Assembly (NCBI GenBank): GCA_964528145.1
Contig: CAZGSF010000001.1
Coordinates: 3,267-67,266 of the forward strand
DNA length: 64,000 nucleotides
Origin: an uncultured Lachnospiraceae bacterium
GTDB lineage: Bacteria > Bacillota > Clostridia > Lachnospirales > Lachnospiraceae
Direction of reading: 5' to 3'
Shown here: piece by piece, positions 1 to 10,355 of the stretch
Numbering within the stretch: position 1 is the first letter of the stretch
Layout: each line of letters begins with the position of its first letter
Position numbers and translations under genes: made by a program
The notes under the pieces: model-generated
Database searches by the model: none
The model's input: the letters and a program-made list of their open reading frames with translations, nothing else
What the model was told of the DNA's origin: nothing

Positions 1-1
1 G

Positions 2-667
2 GATTTTGGAATCAGCCAGCAGCTTAATGTTCAAAAAGTGCTTATACCTATAGATGGTATTGGAAATGAAAGGTTTGAGGAACTGATAGTACATTTGGGG
101 CAATATATTCCTCGTAACGATAATGTGCGCATACACCTTTTTACAAGGAAGGCTGATTATAACAGAAAGCAGTTTCTTTTGGCACTTACAGGGAAAATAC
201 TTGCAAAAGCAGGGATGGAGCCTGACTGGGCAAGAGAAGAAAAACGTGAAGGGGATGCTGAGAACCGGATAGATGGTGAGCAGGACATACCCGTTAGATT
301 TTTTGTGGAGCAGTGTGTTGATGAATTGTCTGTAAGTAAATGTATAAGAGAGCAGCGTCTTGTGATAGATATGCGTAAATATACGGAAGTTTATCTCAGG
401 ATAATGGGAATTAGTGTGGGTATACCACAAATTGTCTATCATGATACTGAATTTGTGGAAGATGGCAAGAACGGACGCGTTATTAAGGATATGAGTGAGC
501 TGTCCGAGGCTATGGAATATTATCTGGAAAGCCTGAATAACTGGAATGAAGCAATGGTATGTTCTTATGAGTTGGGTGAAAGATATACCACGGAAGTATT
601 GATAGATAAGTGGAAAGAGGTTATTGATTTTGTCAGAAAAGATTCGGATACTACAACTGGGAAATGA
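2..667 (+). CDS. asp1: Accessory Sec system protein Asp1 (5'-truncated by window edge)
   Basis: Frame is open from base 2 (DFGISQQLNVQKVLIPIDG...). C-terminus (GISVGIPQI...YYLESLNNWNEAMV) resembles Asp1. Lies directly before asp2-asp3-secA2. Confidence 0.85.
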   Translation, partial: DFGISQQLNVQKVLIPIDGIGNERFEELIVHLGQYIPRNDNVRIHLFTRKADYNRKQFLLALTGKILAKAGMEPDWAREEKREGDAENRIDGEQDIPVRFFVEQCVDELSVSKCIREQRLVIDMRKYTEVYLRIMGISVGIPQIVYHDTEFVEDGKNGRVIKDMSELSEAMEYYLESLNNWNEAMVCSYELGERYTTEVLIDKWKEVIDFVRKDSDTTTGK

Positions 668-2129
668 AGATTGGAACGAATGTTTCAAGGTACCTGATAA
701 CCTGGAACTTGAATGGTCTTTATGTTTTGATAAAGATGTAAAAGGTACGTATGATTTGGTTTTTATAGACCGGCTTGTTTTGGAAAATGAATTGGAATTG
801 CTAAATAAGGCAACCAAGGCTTATACATTGTTTGTAACTGATAAAATTGTGCTGACTAAGGCGATGAAGCATTTTTACACTTGTAAAAAGGGTAAGAAAA
901 TCAGTGAATCAAAGATTCAGGAATTTTTAGATGCTGAGGCAAGAAATTATTTTTCTAAACCCTATGGTGAAAAGCAGGGTTTAATGAATGTATCAATCGC
1001 ACAAGGCTTTTCGGGAAAAGTATCATGGAACGGAAATGCAAGTGTGTGCGTTGAAGGTGATTTTGGAGAAACTTTTAATCAGATTGCATATTGGCGGAAT
1101 AATATTCCCATCTACGAGGGACAGGCTATTGATTTCTGGCTGGAATATGAGAAGGACCCCGACGTTGAAATAGCCATGGAAATAACCCAGTTTAAAGGTG
1201 GAAGCATTTCAGAAGTACAGCAAAAGTGGTATTTTACGGAAACAGATTTAGATAATATTGTAACTGCAGATAATAAGCTTCCAACAGGCCCCATATTTGT
1301 GTCCATACTTGCGAAAGGGACGGGAAGGTTAAGTATTATTGCGTTGCATGACCGTTTTTCAAGGAGGGGACATGGGCTCTTTCTTCCCGGTGGAAAAAGG
1401 TATGTGACTTCAAAGCGAGAAGAGATTTTCTATTATTTTGACCCAATGGATATGAAACCGCCCCTTAATGTATATTTTTCAGGTTATAAAACTCAGCAGG
1501 GGTTTGAGGGATATTATTTGATGCGGGACTTAGGATGCCCATTTTTACTTATTGCGGAGCCACGCTTGGAGGGTGGCGGATTTTACATGGGAAATGCGGA
1601 ATATGAAAAAGGATTTGTCAGTATTATCCGGAAATGTATGAAAGAACTGGGCTTTTCACCGGAACAGGTAGTGTTGTCGGGCTTGTCCATGGGAAGCTTT
1701 GGAGCATTGTATTACGGTTGTGATATTCACCCTCATGCAATGCTGGTAGGAAAACCTCTTGCAAGTATAGGTGATGTGGCAGTAAACGAGCGTTTATATC
1801 GTCCGGGAGGTTTTCCAACATCTCTGGATGTTCTTAAATTTGTAAGCGGAGGTATGAATGAACAATCGGTTACAACTCTTAATGATAAGTTCTGGGATAA
1901 ATTTGACAGGACAGACTGGGGAAAGTCAAAATTTATAGTGTCCTATATGCTGGAGGATGATTATGACGGTAAGGCATATGATATGCTTATATCTCATTTA
2001 AAAACTGCGGGAGTTCAAATTTACGGAAAAGGAATACACGGCAGACATAACGATGCTACATCGGATATTGTGGTGTGGTTTAGAAGTCAGTTTGATAAGA
2101 TATTGTATGAGGATTTTGGCAGAGGTTAG
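630..2129 (+). CDS. asp2: Accessory Sec system protein Asp2 (alpha/beta-hydrolase-like O-acetyltransferase)
   Basis: Motifs PPLNVYFSGY, FEGY, GLSMG, DDYD and GRHND. TTG at 630 follows AAAGAGG (ORF track starts at 624). Operon context. Confidence 0.9.
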   Translation: MSEKIRILQLGNEDWNECFKVPDNLELEWSLCFDKDVKGTYDLVFIDRLVLENELELLNKATKAYTLFVTDKIVLTKAMKHFYTCKKGKKISESKIQEFLDAEARNYFSKPYGEKQGLMNVSIAQGFSGKVSWNGNASVCVEGDFGETFNQIAYWRNNIPIYEGQAIDFWLEYEKDPDVEIAMEITQFKGGSISEVQQKWYFTETDLDNIVTADNKLPTGPIFVSILAKGTGRLSIIALHDRFSRRGHGLFLPGGKRYVTSKREEIFYYFDPMDMKPPLNVYFSGYKTQQGFEGYYLMRDLGCPFLLIAEPRLEGGGFYMGNAEYEKGFVSIIRKCMKELGFSPEQVVLSGLSMGSFGALYYGCDIHPHAMLVGKPLASIGDVAVNERLYRPGGFPTSLDVLKFVSGGMNEQSVTTLNDKFWDKFDRTDWGKSKFIVSYMLEDDYDGKAYDMLISHLKTAGVQIYGKGIHGRHNDATSDIVVWFRSQFDKILYEDFGRG

Positions 2130-2132
2130 AGT

Positions 2133-2579
2133 ATGTTAGGTGAAAAGTGGACAGTATATTGGAATGAATATACGGCAGATACATATATGTATGGTTCTCA
2201 AATTACATTTAACAAAAAAGATGATGTGGAGTTTACCAATTTGCTTATGCCACCGGGGACGGTAATTAAGCAGTGGGATTCAAAAACAAATTTTCAGATG
2301 CAGAAAATTGAACCCACATTGCCGATTATTGATGGTGAGACAGAGTATCAGATTACTTTGAATATAGACATTCCGGATAATGCAAATCTGTTGGCACGAT
2401 TGGTATTTTTTGATAGATACGGTGTAGAAGCAGGAAATCTTACGCTTAGGGATAAGGTGACTGTGTTCCGCTGCCCGCTGAAAACATACAGCTACAGGTT
2501 ACAGTTGATTAATGCAGGAGTAAGTAAGATTAATTTTCATTCTATTGTGATTCAGGAAATTTATGATGAGCCGGTCTAA
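2133..2579 (+). CDS. asp3: Accessory Sec system protein Asp3
   Basis: YMYGS...F.N.LMPPGTVI..W.S.TNFQ...P.LP pattern; sits between asp2 and secA2. Confidence 0.88.
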   Translation: MLGEKWTVYWNEYTADTYMYGSQITFNKKDDVEFTNLLMPPGTVIKQWDSKTNFQMQKIEPTLPIIDGETEYQITLNIDIPDNANLLARLVFFDRYGVEAGNLTLRDKVTVFRCPLKTYSYRLQLINAGVSKINFHSIVIQEIYDEPV

Positions 2580-4905
2580 AGAGTTAAAACGATTAAACAG
2601 AATATTGAAATTGGTTAAAAGTCATAGAGAAGAAATGCAGGCTTTATCGGATGAAGAATTGCAGCATAAAACTGAAGAATTCAAGGAACGGCTGTCGGAA
2701 GGTGAGACACTTGACGACATCTTGCCGGAGGCATTTGCCGCAATTTGTGAGGCTGATGACAGGATTCTTGGTATGTATCCTTATGATGCGCAGATTTTAG
2801 GCGGAATTGCTGTTCATGAAGGTAATCTGATTGAAATGAACACCGGCGAAGGTAAGACTTTAATGGCTACCATGCCTCTTTATTTGAATGCGCTTACAGG
2901 CAAGAGTACCCTTCTTTTGACAACAAATGAATATCTGGCAATACGTGATGCAACAGAAATAGGCCCGGTGTATACATTTATGGGTTTGTCAGTTGTGGCA
3001 GGTGTACGGGCAAAGGCTGAAGAACGCATGAGTAATGACATGAAGCGTGATATTTATGCGACGGATATAGTTTATACCACCCACGGGGCGTTGGGATTTG
3101 ACTATCTTTTTAATAATCTTGTTACTTCGGCAGAAGAACGTTTTATGCGTGAATTTTACTATGTAATTATCGATGAGGCGGATTCGGTATTGTTAGACAG
3201 TTCACAAACCCCTCTTGTTATCTCAGGTTCGCCGAGAGTTCAGTCGAATTTATATGAAATGGCAGATTTTTTTGTGACCACTCTGGTTGAAGGAAAAGAT
3301 TATGAAAAGGAAGAACAAAAGGTTTGGTTCACAAAGGAAGGTATTGCTTATACGGAGAGATTTTTTGGTATAGATAATTTTTACGGTGAAAAACATTTTG
3401 AAATAAACAGACATGTAACATTGGCATTAAGGGCACATGCATTATTTGAACCTGAGAAAGATTATATGGTTTCAAAGGATAAAGAATTGCAGCTTCTTGA
3501 TAATGGTTCCGGTCGAATGATGCCGGGAGTAAAACTTAGGGGCGGTCAGCATCAGGCTTTGGAAGTGAAAGAAAAACTGAAACTTTCCCAGGAAAACCGT
3601 TCTATGGCGGCAATAACCTATCAGAATCTTTTTTTACTTTTTCCCAAAATGTCCGGAATGAGTGGAACTATTTCCGACGCTTCGGAGGAACTTATGGATG
3701 TGTATGGCAATAAAGTAATTGTCATTCCGCCCAACAAGCCTATGATTAGAGATGATAAACCGGATCGTTTTTATAAGGATGTAGACAGTCAGTTTTCAGA
3801 GGCGTTGCGGACCGTTATGGATATTCATGCCACCGGTCAGCCGGTATTAGTGGTGGTGTCAACCATTGGTGAGACTGAACTGGTGTCAAAACTTCTGATA
3901 CAGGAAAAAATACCTCATAACGTACTCAATGCAAATAATGCATTCTGGGAGGCTGAAATTATAAAAGAAGCCGGACAAATGCATGCGATAACGGTTGCAA
4001 CCGCCATGGCAGGAAGAGGAACGGATATTAAATTAGGAGAAGGTGTTAAGGAATTGGGAGGTCTTGCCGTTATCGGTATCGGGCGTATGGCAAACATACG
4101 TCAGGAACGCCAGGCAAGAGGTCGTGCCGGCAGGCAGGGAGACCCGGGATTCAGCCTTTTCTTTGTGTCCCTTCAGGATGAGATTGTAAAGCGATACGGT
4201 ATGATTAAGCCTGAAAAGTTTGAGGACGGAACTAAATATATAAGCAGACGTAAGCTTAGAAGAGTAATAAATGCCTCTCAGAAAACGGGAGAAGAATTTG
4301 CAGTACAATCCCGTAAGCATGCTATGGATTACGATAAGGTAATGCAGAGGCAAAGGGAATTGATTTATGCTACAAGAGACAGGCTTCTTGATGGTGAGGC
4401 GCTTTTGGATACACGTAAAGTTTTAAAGATCGCTCATTGGAACATCCGCAGATTTTTTGCCAATGAAAAGAGTGTAAAACCGGCTATGGTTACCAGATAT
4501 ATATTGGATAATATTTCTTATCGCCTTGATAATGAGATGGAAAATATAGATTTTAGCGATTCAAAAGAGCTTACTAAGTATTTTATTAAATGTGTGCGTA
4601 AAGGCTTGGAGGAACAAGAGGCTAAGCTTGGAAGCCCAGAGATTATGAGTGATTTTATGCGAATAGCAGCACTTCATGCCATTGATGAAGCATGGGTTGA
4701 GGAGGTTGATTATTTGCAACAGCTGCAGTATGCCGTATCAGGACGCCAAACAGCACAAAGAAATCCTGTTTATGAGTACCAAAGGGATGCACTGGAGTCT
4801 TTTAAAAAGATGAAAAATACTATTTTGAAAAATATAGTAAGAAATATTTTACTGAGCAATGTTTATGTTGATGCAGAAGGCGAGTTACGTATTTTGCTTC
4901 CGTAG
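2563..4905 (+). CDS. secA2: Accessory Sec translocase ATPase SecA2
   Basis: SecA motifs EMNTGEGKT, IIDEADS, MAGRGTDI, GRAGRQGDPG. Short (780 aa) with no C-terminal Zn domain. Located in the asp/gtf operon. Confidence 0.95.
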   Translation: MMSRSKELKRLNRILKLVKSHREEMQALSDEELQHKTEEFKERLSEGETLDDILPEAFAAICEADDRILGMYPYDAQILGGIAVHEGNLIEMNTGEGKTLMATMPLYLNALTGKSTLLLTTNEYLAIRDATEIGPVYTFMGLSVVAGVRAKAEERMSNDMKRDIYATDIVYTTHGALGFDYLFNNLVTSAEERFMREFYYVIIDEADSVLLDSSQTPLVISGSPRVQSNLYEMADFFVTTLVEGKDYEKEEQKVWFTKEGIAYTERFFGIDNFYGEKHFEINRHVTLALRAHALFEPEKDYMVSKDKELQLLDNGSGRMMPGVKLRGGQHQALEVKEKLKLSQENRSMAAITYQNLFLLFPKMSGMSGTISDASEELMDVYGNKVIVIPPNKPMIRDDKPDRFYKDVDSQFSEALRTVMDIHATGQPVLVVVSTIGETELVSKLLIQEKIPHNVLNANNAFWEAEIIKEAGQMHAITVATAMAGRGTDIKLGEGVKELGGLAVIGIGRMANIRQERQARGRAGRQGDPGFSLFFVSLQDEIVKRYGMIKPEKFEDGTKYISRRKLRRVINASQKTGEEFAVQSRKHAMDYDKVMQRQRELIYATRDRLLDGEALLDTRKVLKIAHWNIRRFFANEKSVKPAMVTRYILDNISYRLDNEMENIDFSDSKELTKYFIKCVRKGLEEQEAKLGSPEIMSDFMRIAALHAIDEAWVEEVDYLQQLQYAVSGRQTAQRNPVYEYQRDALESFKKMKNTILKNIVRNILLSNVYVDAEGELRILLP

Positions 4906-4913
4906 GAGGAATT

Positions 4914-6413
4914 ATGGTATACAATTTTAACTTAGGAATCGGCTGGGCCAGCAGTGGTGTTGAGTATGCACAGTTGTATCGGGCCAGGATGTTTAGAAAC
5001 ATCGGTGTAAATGCAAAATTTATATTTACCGATATGTTTCCAAAGGATAATATACAGCATATGACGGAGAATATGGGGTTTCTGGATTCGGAAATTCTTT
5101 GGCTTTATACTTATTTTACTGACACAAAAATAGCACCGGTTTCTTTTGATTTAAAGCAGCTGGAGAAAACTATTGGGGATAGAAAGTATACTTTTTCCCG
5201 GGATGGGAAAATAGCAAAGTACATTTTTGATGGTGTAAATAATTTTTATACGGTTTACATGGTAAATGAAACAGATGACAGGGTACATCGTGTGGAAATT
5301 GTTTCAGACGGAAAATTAATACGAAAGGATTACTTTACATATTGCAGGATATATTCGGAATATTATGCGCCTCTGGATAATCAGGCTCATTTGTATCAGC
5401 GCAGATATTTTAATGAAGATGGTACGGTTGCGTATGAAGAAATTATTGATGGTGATGAGATAATGTATCAGTTCCCTGAGCAGATTTTCTGTTCTAAAGA
5501 GGAATTGGTAGGTTATATGGTATCTACTTTGGGGCTTACTGAAGATGATGTGGTTATTATTGACAGAAGCACTGATATCGGACCTGCAATAATGAAAAAT
5601 GCTGCTCCGGCTAAGATTGTAAGCGTAATCCATGCTGACCATTTCAGTGAAGGCGGAACAGATGAAGTGAATATTCTCTGGAATAATTATTATGAGTATC
5701 TGTTTTCACAGCATAAGCATATTGATTATTATGTAACAGCTACTGATGAGCAGAACCGGCTTGTAAGAGAGCAGTTTGAAAAGTATGTGGGGGTAACACC
5801 GAATGTAGCTACGATACCGGTAGGCAGTCTTAATAAACTTACCTTTCCTGACGCAGGTAGAAAACCTCATTCTTTAATTACTGCATCGCGTCTTGCGCCG
5901 GAGAAACATGTGGACTGGATAGTGGAGGCTGTGGCAGAAGCACGAAAGACAATTACGGATATTACACTTGATATTTACGGAATGGGTGCCGATGAGGCAA
6001 AACTTCGTGAGATTATAAAGAAGCATGGACTGGAAGAACGTGTGAAATTATGCGGTCAGCAGAAACTGGACGATATTTATAAAAATTATGAGGCGTATGT
6101 GACAGGTTCTACAAGTGAGGGATTTGGACTTACGCTTATGGAAGCTGTTGGGTCGGGACTTCCGATAGTGGGTTTTGATGTGCGCTACGGAAATAAGACC
6201 TTTATTGACGAAGGAAAGAATGGCTATAAGGTTCCGGTACATGATAAAATGACGGCAAAAGAGCGTATAAGTAAGCTGGCAGAGAGTCTTATACGTCTGT
6301 TTAGTGAAACTGATTTGGATAAATTCCATCAGCACTCTTATGACAAGGCGCAGACATATTTAACTGAGGAGGTGCAGAACAGATGGGCAATGGTTTTGAA
6401 TCAGAAGAAATAG
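4914..6413 (+). CDS. gtfA: Accessory Sec glycosyltransferase GtfA (Gtf1, GT4 O-GlcNAc transferase)
   Basis: GIGWASSGVEYAQLYRA N-terminus; ILWNNYYEY, SRLAPEKH, SEGFGLTLMEA and DVRYGN motifs. Confidence 0.95.
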   Translation: MVYNFNLGIGWASSGVEYAQLYRARMFRNIGVNAKFIFTDMFPKDNIQHMTENMGFLDSEILWLYTYFTDTKIAPVSFDLKQLEKTIGDRKYTFSRDGKIAKYIFDGVNNFYTVYMVNETDDRVHRVEIVSDGKLIRKDYFTYCRIYSEYYAPLDNQAHLYQRRYFNEDGTVAYEEIIDGDEIMYQFPEQIFCSKEELVGYMVSTLGLTEDDVVIIDRSTDIGPAIMKNAAPAKIVSVIHADHFSEGGTDEVNILWNNYYEYLFSQHKHIDYYVTATDEQNRLVREQFEKYVGVTPNVATIPVGSLNKLTFPDAGRKPHSLITASRLAPEKHVDWIVEAVAEARKTITDITLDIYGMGADEAKLREIIKKHGLEERVKLCGQQKLDDIYKNYEAYVTGSTSEGFGLTLMEAVGSGLPIVGFDVRYGNKTFIDEGKNGYKVPVHDKMTAKERISKLAESLIRLFSETDLDKFHQHSYDKAQTYLTEEVQNRWAMVLNQKK

Positions 6414-7735
6414 TATTGCTTTTAGATAATTATCAGGCTGACAGTCAGAAACTGCATACTTCCTTTAAACTGGCAGGTAAAAATTATCCGGTAGCGGTTA
6501 TTGAGGATGACGGATTTTTGCCGGATGATGTAATGTCTGTATTCGGGTATTTCCTTGGGGATTTTAAAAATAGTGATAGAAATCCGGGACAACCACGATA
6601 TTTTAATCAGATACCGGTTCCTGAGTATTGGGAAATCAGTGCCAATAATACAAGCGGAAAAGTGCATAATCTGAAAAGGGAAAGAGCGCGGATTTTTTAC
6701 GCTGCACCTGCACATAAAAGACTTGTGAAAATAGTGGACTGGCTGGATGAGAGGGGCGTAGTGCGCTCCAGTGATCATTATAATAAGTATGGGGCATTAT
6801 ATGCCCGCACAATCTTCAATAACAAGGGATTGAAAGTTAACAGAACATATTTTTCTGCCGATGCAAAAGAAGTAATTATGGAGAATTACGTTACTAAGGA
6901 TATTATTCTTAATGAGGGTGATGTGATTAAGATTTTCCGCTCACTGACAGCGTTTGTGTGCTATTTTATGAAAAAGGCAGGATTTGAAAGTAAGAGGATT
7001 TTTTTCAATACCTTATCCACATCATTCTTTGTATCTCAGAATATGCCGTCAGGTAATAAGCAGGATGTCTTATTCTGGCAGGAAGGTGTTAGACCGGATA
7101 TACCCGGTAATATGCAGGTGATTCTTGATGGGAATGCCACAAGAGCATCAAAGATTATGGTACAGCAGAAAGCATCATATGATAAATTAGTCGAACTTGG
7201 TGTTTCGCAGGAGTTAGTACATAACCTTGGTTATATTTATCCCTTTAAGAAGGAAAATGGAGCAAAACCGCAGGTTCTTATATGTACCAATTCGGACAGA
7301 ATTGCAAAGTGTAAGGAGCTTGTGGAGGCATTGCCGCAGTTACATTTCCATATTGTTGCCATAACTGAGATGTCTTCAAAACTTCTTAGCATGGAAGCGT
7401 ACCCCAATGTAAAGTTGTATCCCGGTGTGAAGATGAGTATTGCGGATGAATTATTTGAAAAATGTGACATTTATCTGGATATTAACCATGAAGGAGAGAT
7501 ACTGTCAGCTGTGGAAAAAGCTTTCCTTCATAATCACATGATTTTTGCATTTAAGGAAACGATGCATAATCAGGCTTATGTGGCAAAGGAACATATCTAT
7601 AATATGGATGATGTGGATGATTTAATTACCGGGTTGAATGCAGTTGCAGGTGATAAGGATTTAATTGCGGAACATATAGGAAGGCAGCATGAAGCGGCAT
7701 TGCTTGAAACAGAAGGAGCATATCGGGGGATATAA
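6383..7735 (+). CDS. gtfB: Accessory Sec glycosylation chaperone GtfB (Gtf2)
   Basis: EDDGFLP, YFNQIPVPEYWEI, LFWQE, TEMSSKL, YLDINH. GAGGAGG RBS before ATG 6383; overlaps the end of gtfA. Confidence 0.93.
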   Translation: MGNGFESEEIVLLLDNYQADSQKLHTSFKLAGKNYPVAVIEDDGFLPDDVMSVFGYFLGDFKNSDRNPGQPRYFNQIPVPEYWEISANNTSGKVHNLKRERARIFYAAPAHKRLVKIVDWLDERGVVRSSDHYNKYGALYARTIFNNKGLKVNRTYFSADAKEVIMENYVTKDIILNEGDVIKIFRSLTAFVCYFMKKAGFESKRIFFNTLSTSFFVSQNMPSGNKQDVLFWQEGVRPDIPGNMQVILDGNATRASKIMVQQKASYDKLVELGVSQELVHNLGYIYPFKKENGAKPQVLICTNSDRIAKCKELVEALPQLHFHIVAITEMSSKLLSMEAYPNVKLYPGVKMSIADELFEKCDIYLDINHEGEILSAVEKAFLHNHMIFAFKETMHNQAYVAKEHIYNMDDVDDLITGLNAVAGDKDLIAEHIGRQHEAALLETEGAYRGI

Positions 7736-7767
7736 ATAATATGAAATATGTGTAAAATGCAGATATA

Positions 7768-7811
7768 TAAAACGCATGTAACCGAATTTGATTTAGTTAC
7801 ATGCGTTTTTT
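7768..7811. terminator. Bidirectional intrinsic terminator between gtfB and pilT
   Basis: AAAACGCATGTAAC...GTTACATGCGTTTT inverted repeat between convergent genes. Confidence 0.8.
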
Positions 7812-7812
7812 C

Positions 7813-8895
7813 TTACATTATCCTAATTCTTTTATCCATCATATCCGGATTCATTGCTTCTGAAATTGCGGTTTCCATTGAAATTACACCATCCTGATAT
7901 AATTTAAAAATACTGCTATCCATTGCAATCATGTTATCTGCGGCGGAAGTATAGATTATACCGTCAATCTGGTGTACCTTGCGCTCTCTGATAAGAGTAC
8001 GGATGGCAGGGTTAAGCACCATGATTTCAAAGGCAGGTACTACTTTACCATCAACGGTAGGAAGTAACTTCTGACTTACAACTGCCTGCAGAATTGAGGA
8101 AAGCTGGATACAAATCTGGTGTTGCTGGGAAGCCGGAAAAACATCAATAATACGGTCAATGGTATTTGCGGCACCGATAGTGTGTAATGATGAGAAAATC
8201 AAGTGTCCTGTTTCAGCTGCAGTAACGGCAGTGTTTATGGTTTCATAATCTCTCATTTCACCCAGCAAAATAACATCCGGGCTTTGGCGCAGTGCGGAGC
8301 GCAGTGCAGTCAGATAGCTGTCGGTATCGGTGCTAATTTCACGTTGGGACACGATGCTCTTTTCATGGCGGTGCAAATACTCCAGAGGGTCCTCAAGTGT
8401 GATGATATGTGCTTCCTGTTCTTTGTTTATTTTGTCGATGAGGCAGGCAAGAGTGGTGGATTTACCGCTTCCGGCAGGACCGGTTACAAGCACCATACCA
8501 TGATTGGTATCAGCAAGATTCATAACCGCATCAGGAATATTCAAATCTGCTGGGTGCGGGAGCGTAAAAGTGATAACACGGATTACGGCAGCATACGAAC
8601 CACGTTGCTTGAAGGTATTAACACGGAAACGGGATATGCCCGGCACGGCAAAAGAAAAATCATCATCGCCTGTTTTTTCAAAATCATTAATGCTTCTTTC
8701 TGCCAATGCGTAAAGACCTACAACAAACTCGTAAGTGTCGTTGGGAAACAGTCTGGCATCATCAAGTGTCTCCAAATTGCCTTTTACCCTATAGGACAGA
8801 GGGTGGCCTGCTATTATAAAAATGTCTGATGCACCGTGATTGGTGGCATTGTTTAAAATTTGTTTTACGTCCATATTATTTGTCCTTTCAATCAT
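7813..8895 (-). CDS. pilT: PilT/PilU-family type IV pilus ATPase
   Basis: Walker A GPAGSGKSTT, TLEDPLEY, ILLGEMRD, AAETGHL, SLHT and AIRTLIRE (PilT AIRNLIRE-like). About 355-360 aa with no PilB N-terminal domain. Confidence 0.9.
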   Translation of the reverse strand: MIERTNNMDVKQILNNATNHGASDIFIIAGHPLSYRVKGNLETLDDARLFPNDTYEFVVGLYALAERSINDFEKTGDDDFSFAVPGISRFRVNTFKQRGSYAAVIRVITFTLPHPADLNIPDAVMNLADTNHGMVLVTGPAGSGKSTTLACLIDKINKEQEAHIITLEDPLEYLHRHEKSIVSQREISTDTDSYLTALRSALRQSPDVILLGEMRDYETINTAVTAAETGHLIFSSLHTIGAANTIDRIIDVFPASQQHQICIQLSSILQAVVSQKLLPTVDGKVVPAFEIMVLNPAIRTLIRERKVHQIDGIIYTSAADNMIAMDSSIFKLYQDGVISMETAISEAMNPDMMDKRIRIM

Positions 8896-8900
8896 ATTTT

Positions 8901-9386
8901 CTATTCAATCAGATTCAGGAATTCTTCTTCGGGAATGTCCTGAGTGTATACGGATTTCCAGTTTACAATTTTTATAAAAGTATCTGTGCCTGATTCGGGG
9001 TAGCAGATTTGAAGCTTTACGGCTAGATATCTGTTGTCGGCAATAGGTTCTTCGAATGACAGATAATAACCGCCCGAATCATATTCAATCATACCATATG
9101 GTTTGAGTATTTCTGCTGCCGCTGTATAATAGGAATTTGCGTCGGTTGTCTGCACATAACATTGTGCAAGTATGGAATTGAGACTTATAAGTGTATCGTA
9201 GGCAACTTCCTGTGCAGCATAGAAACTTTGAGTTTTCTCCGCAACCTTCCGACTTAGCTTGTAATCTGAGTTTGCGGTTACAAGCGACAGGGCAGAAAAG
9301 GTTACAACACAAATCATTACAAATGACAAGAGGATTGTGGTGAATCCAAAATTGGAAAAACCACGGGTTTCTTTTAATTTATTCAT
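8901..9386 (-). CDS. Minor pilin-like protein (no Glu+5)
   Basis: Basic leader, then G|FTTILLSFVMICVVTFSALSL hydrophobic helix; lies in the pil operon. Confidence 0.6.
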   Translation of the reverse strand: MNKLKETRGFSNFGFTTILLSFVMICVVTFSALSLVTANSDYKLSRKVAEKTQSFYAAQEVAYDTLISLNSILAQCYVQTTDANSYYTAAAEILKPYGMIEYDSGGYYLSFEEPIADNRYLAVKLQICYPESGTDTFIKIVNWKSVYTQDIPEEEFLNLIE

Positions 9387-9837
9387 TGCCGTCCACCTCC
9401 TTAATGTTGTTTAAAGTATAAGGAGTATAGTTACAGGCCCTTATTGTATAAATTTTTATGTTATCTTCGGAATAAAACTCAATGCCAATCTTACCCGGTA
9501 AGTCCCCTAAAGGTTGTATTGTAACATAGTATAATTTTTCACTTGGGGGACATGGGGTGAAATCCTTGTCCAGATATATGGTGAAGGTTGAATCAGTACT
9601 TACACCCTCGTCATAAGCCGCATATATGGTGTTTAAGCTCCCGTCACCGGTTTCATATAAGCTTGCTATGGATGAAGTTATTGCTGTTGCATGATGTAAT
9701 GTTGTCGCGGAGTTAATAAGGTTATGGGATTTCATGAAAAATAGAAGTCCGCATCCGCAAAGTAAGCAAAACAACAGCAAATTTATTAATAATTCCATCA
9801 GAAACAGACCTGATTTGGAATGATATTTTTCACTCAT
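9379..9837 (-). CDS. Type IV pilin-like protein with class III signal peptide
   Basis: KSG|LFLMELLINLLLF gives Gly-1 and Glu+5 followed by a hydrophobic helix. Confidence 0.7.
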   Translation of the reverse strand: MSEKYHSKSGLFLMELLINLLLFCLLCGCGLLFFMKSHNLINSATTLHHATAITSSIASLYETGDGSLNTIYAAYDEGVSTDSTFTIYLDKDFTPCPPSEKLYYVTIQPLGDLPGKIGIEFYSEDNIKIYTIRACNYTPYTLNNIKEVDGNE

Positions 9838-10352
9838 GATTCCTCCTTTCCCACATCGCTGTGCAGCACAGTGCTGTGTAGGGAAAAATAAAGTTTTTGG
9901 GAAGTGCCTTCCATATCGGTTATTTCAGCACATATCAGGGAATCCGATAACAGAAAAATATTAAATTCCTCCAGTTCGATAATTTCCTGACCTGTTGAAA
10001 GTGAGAATACGGAATTCTTAGTTACCACTAATTCCCTCAGGGCGTTGTCGTAATAATAGATGTAGGTCATATATTCGGCATCATCCTCTGTTGTCTTGAT
10101 GGATAGGGCATTAGTGCCCATCAGGTCACAGACGGTTATGGCACCTGCCACATCATTTTGACGGATTTTTTCTGCCAGGTATGAGGAGGTGGTGCGTAAC
10201 TGATGATTCTTTGTCATAGTGTCTGTAACATTGCGGTAATGCTTTGCGCCGATTAGAGCAAGGGCTAATGAGGTGGCGGCAAAAAGCGTAACAAGCATCA
10301 AAACAAAAACCATATCAATTTTTTTGGAAGTATGTTCCCTAAAGATTGACAT
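9834..10352 (-). CDS. DUF4860-like pilin-like membrane-anchored protein
   Basis: N-terminal TM helix, then SYLAEKIRQND and TYIYYYDNALREL; operon context. Confidence 0.65.
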   Translation of the reverse strand: MSIFREHTSKKIDMVFVLMLVTLFAATSLALALIGAKHYRNVTDTMTKNHQLRTTSSYLAEKIRQNDVAGAITVCDLMGTNALSIKTTEDDAEYMTYIYYYDNALRELVVTKNSVFSLSTGQEIIELEEFNIFLLSDSLICAEITDMEGTSQKLYFSLHSTVLHSDVGKEES

Positions 10353-10355
10353 ATA

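Noticed and set aside
8203..8829. 208-aa plus-strand ORF
   Set aside because: Antisense shadow of pilT with no motif.
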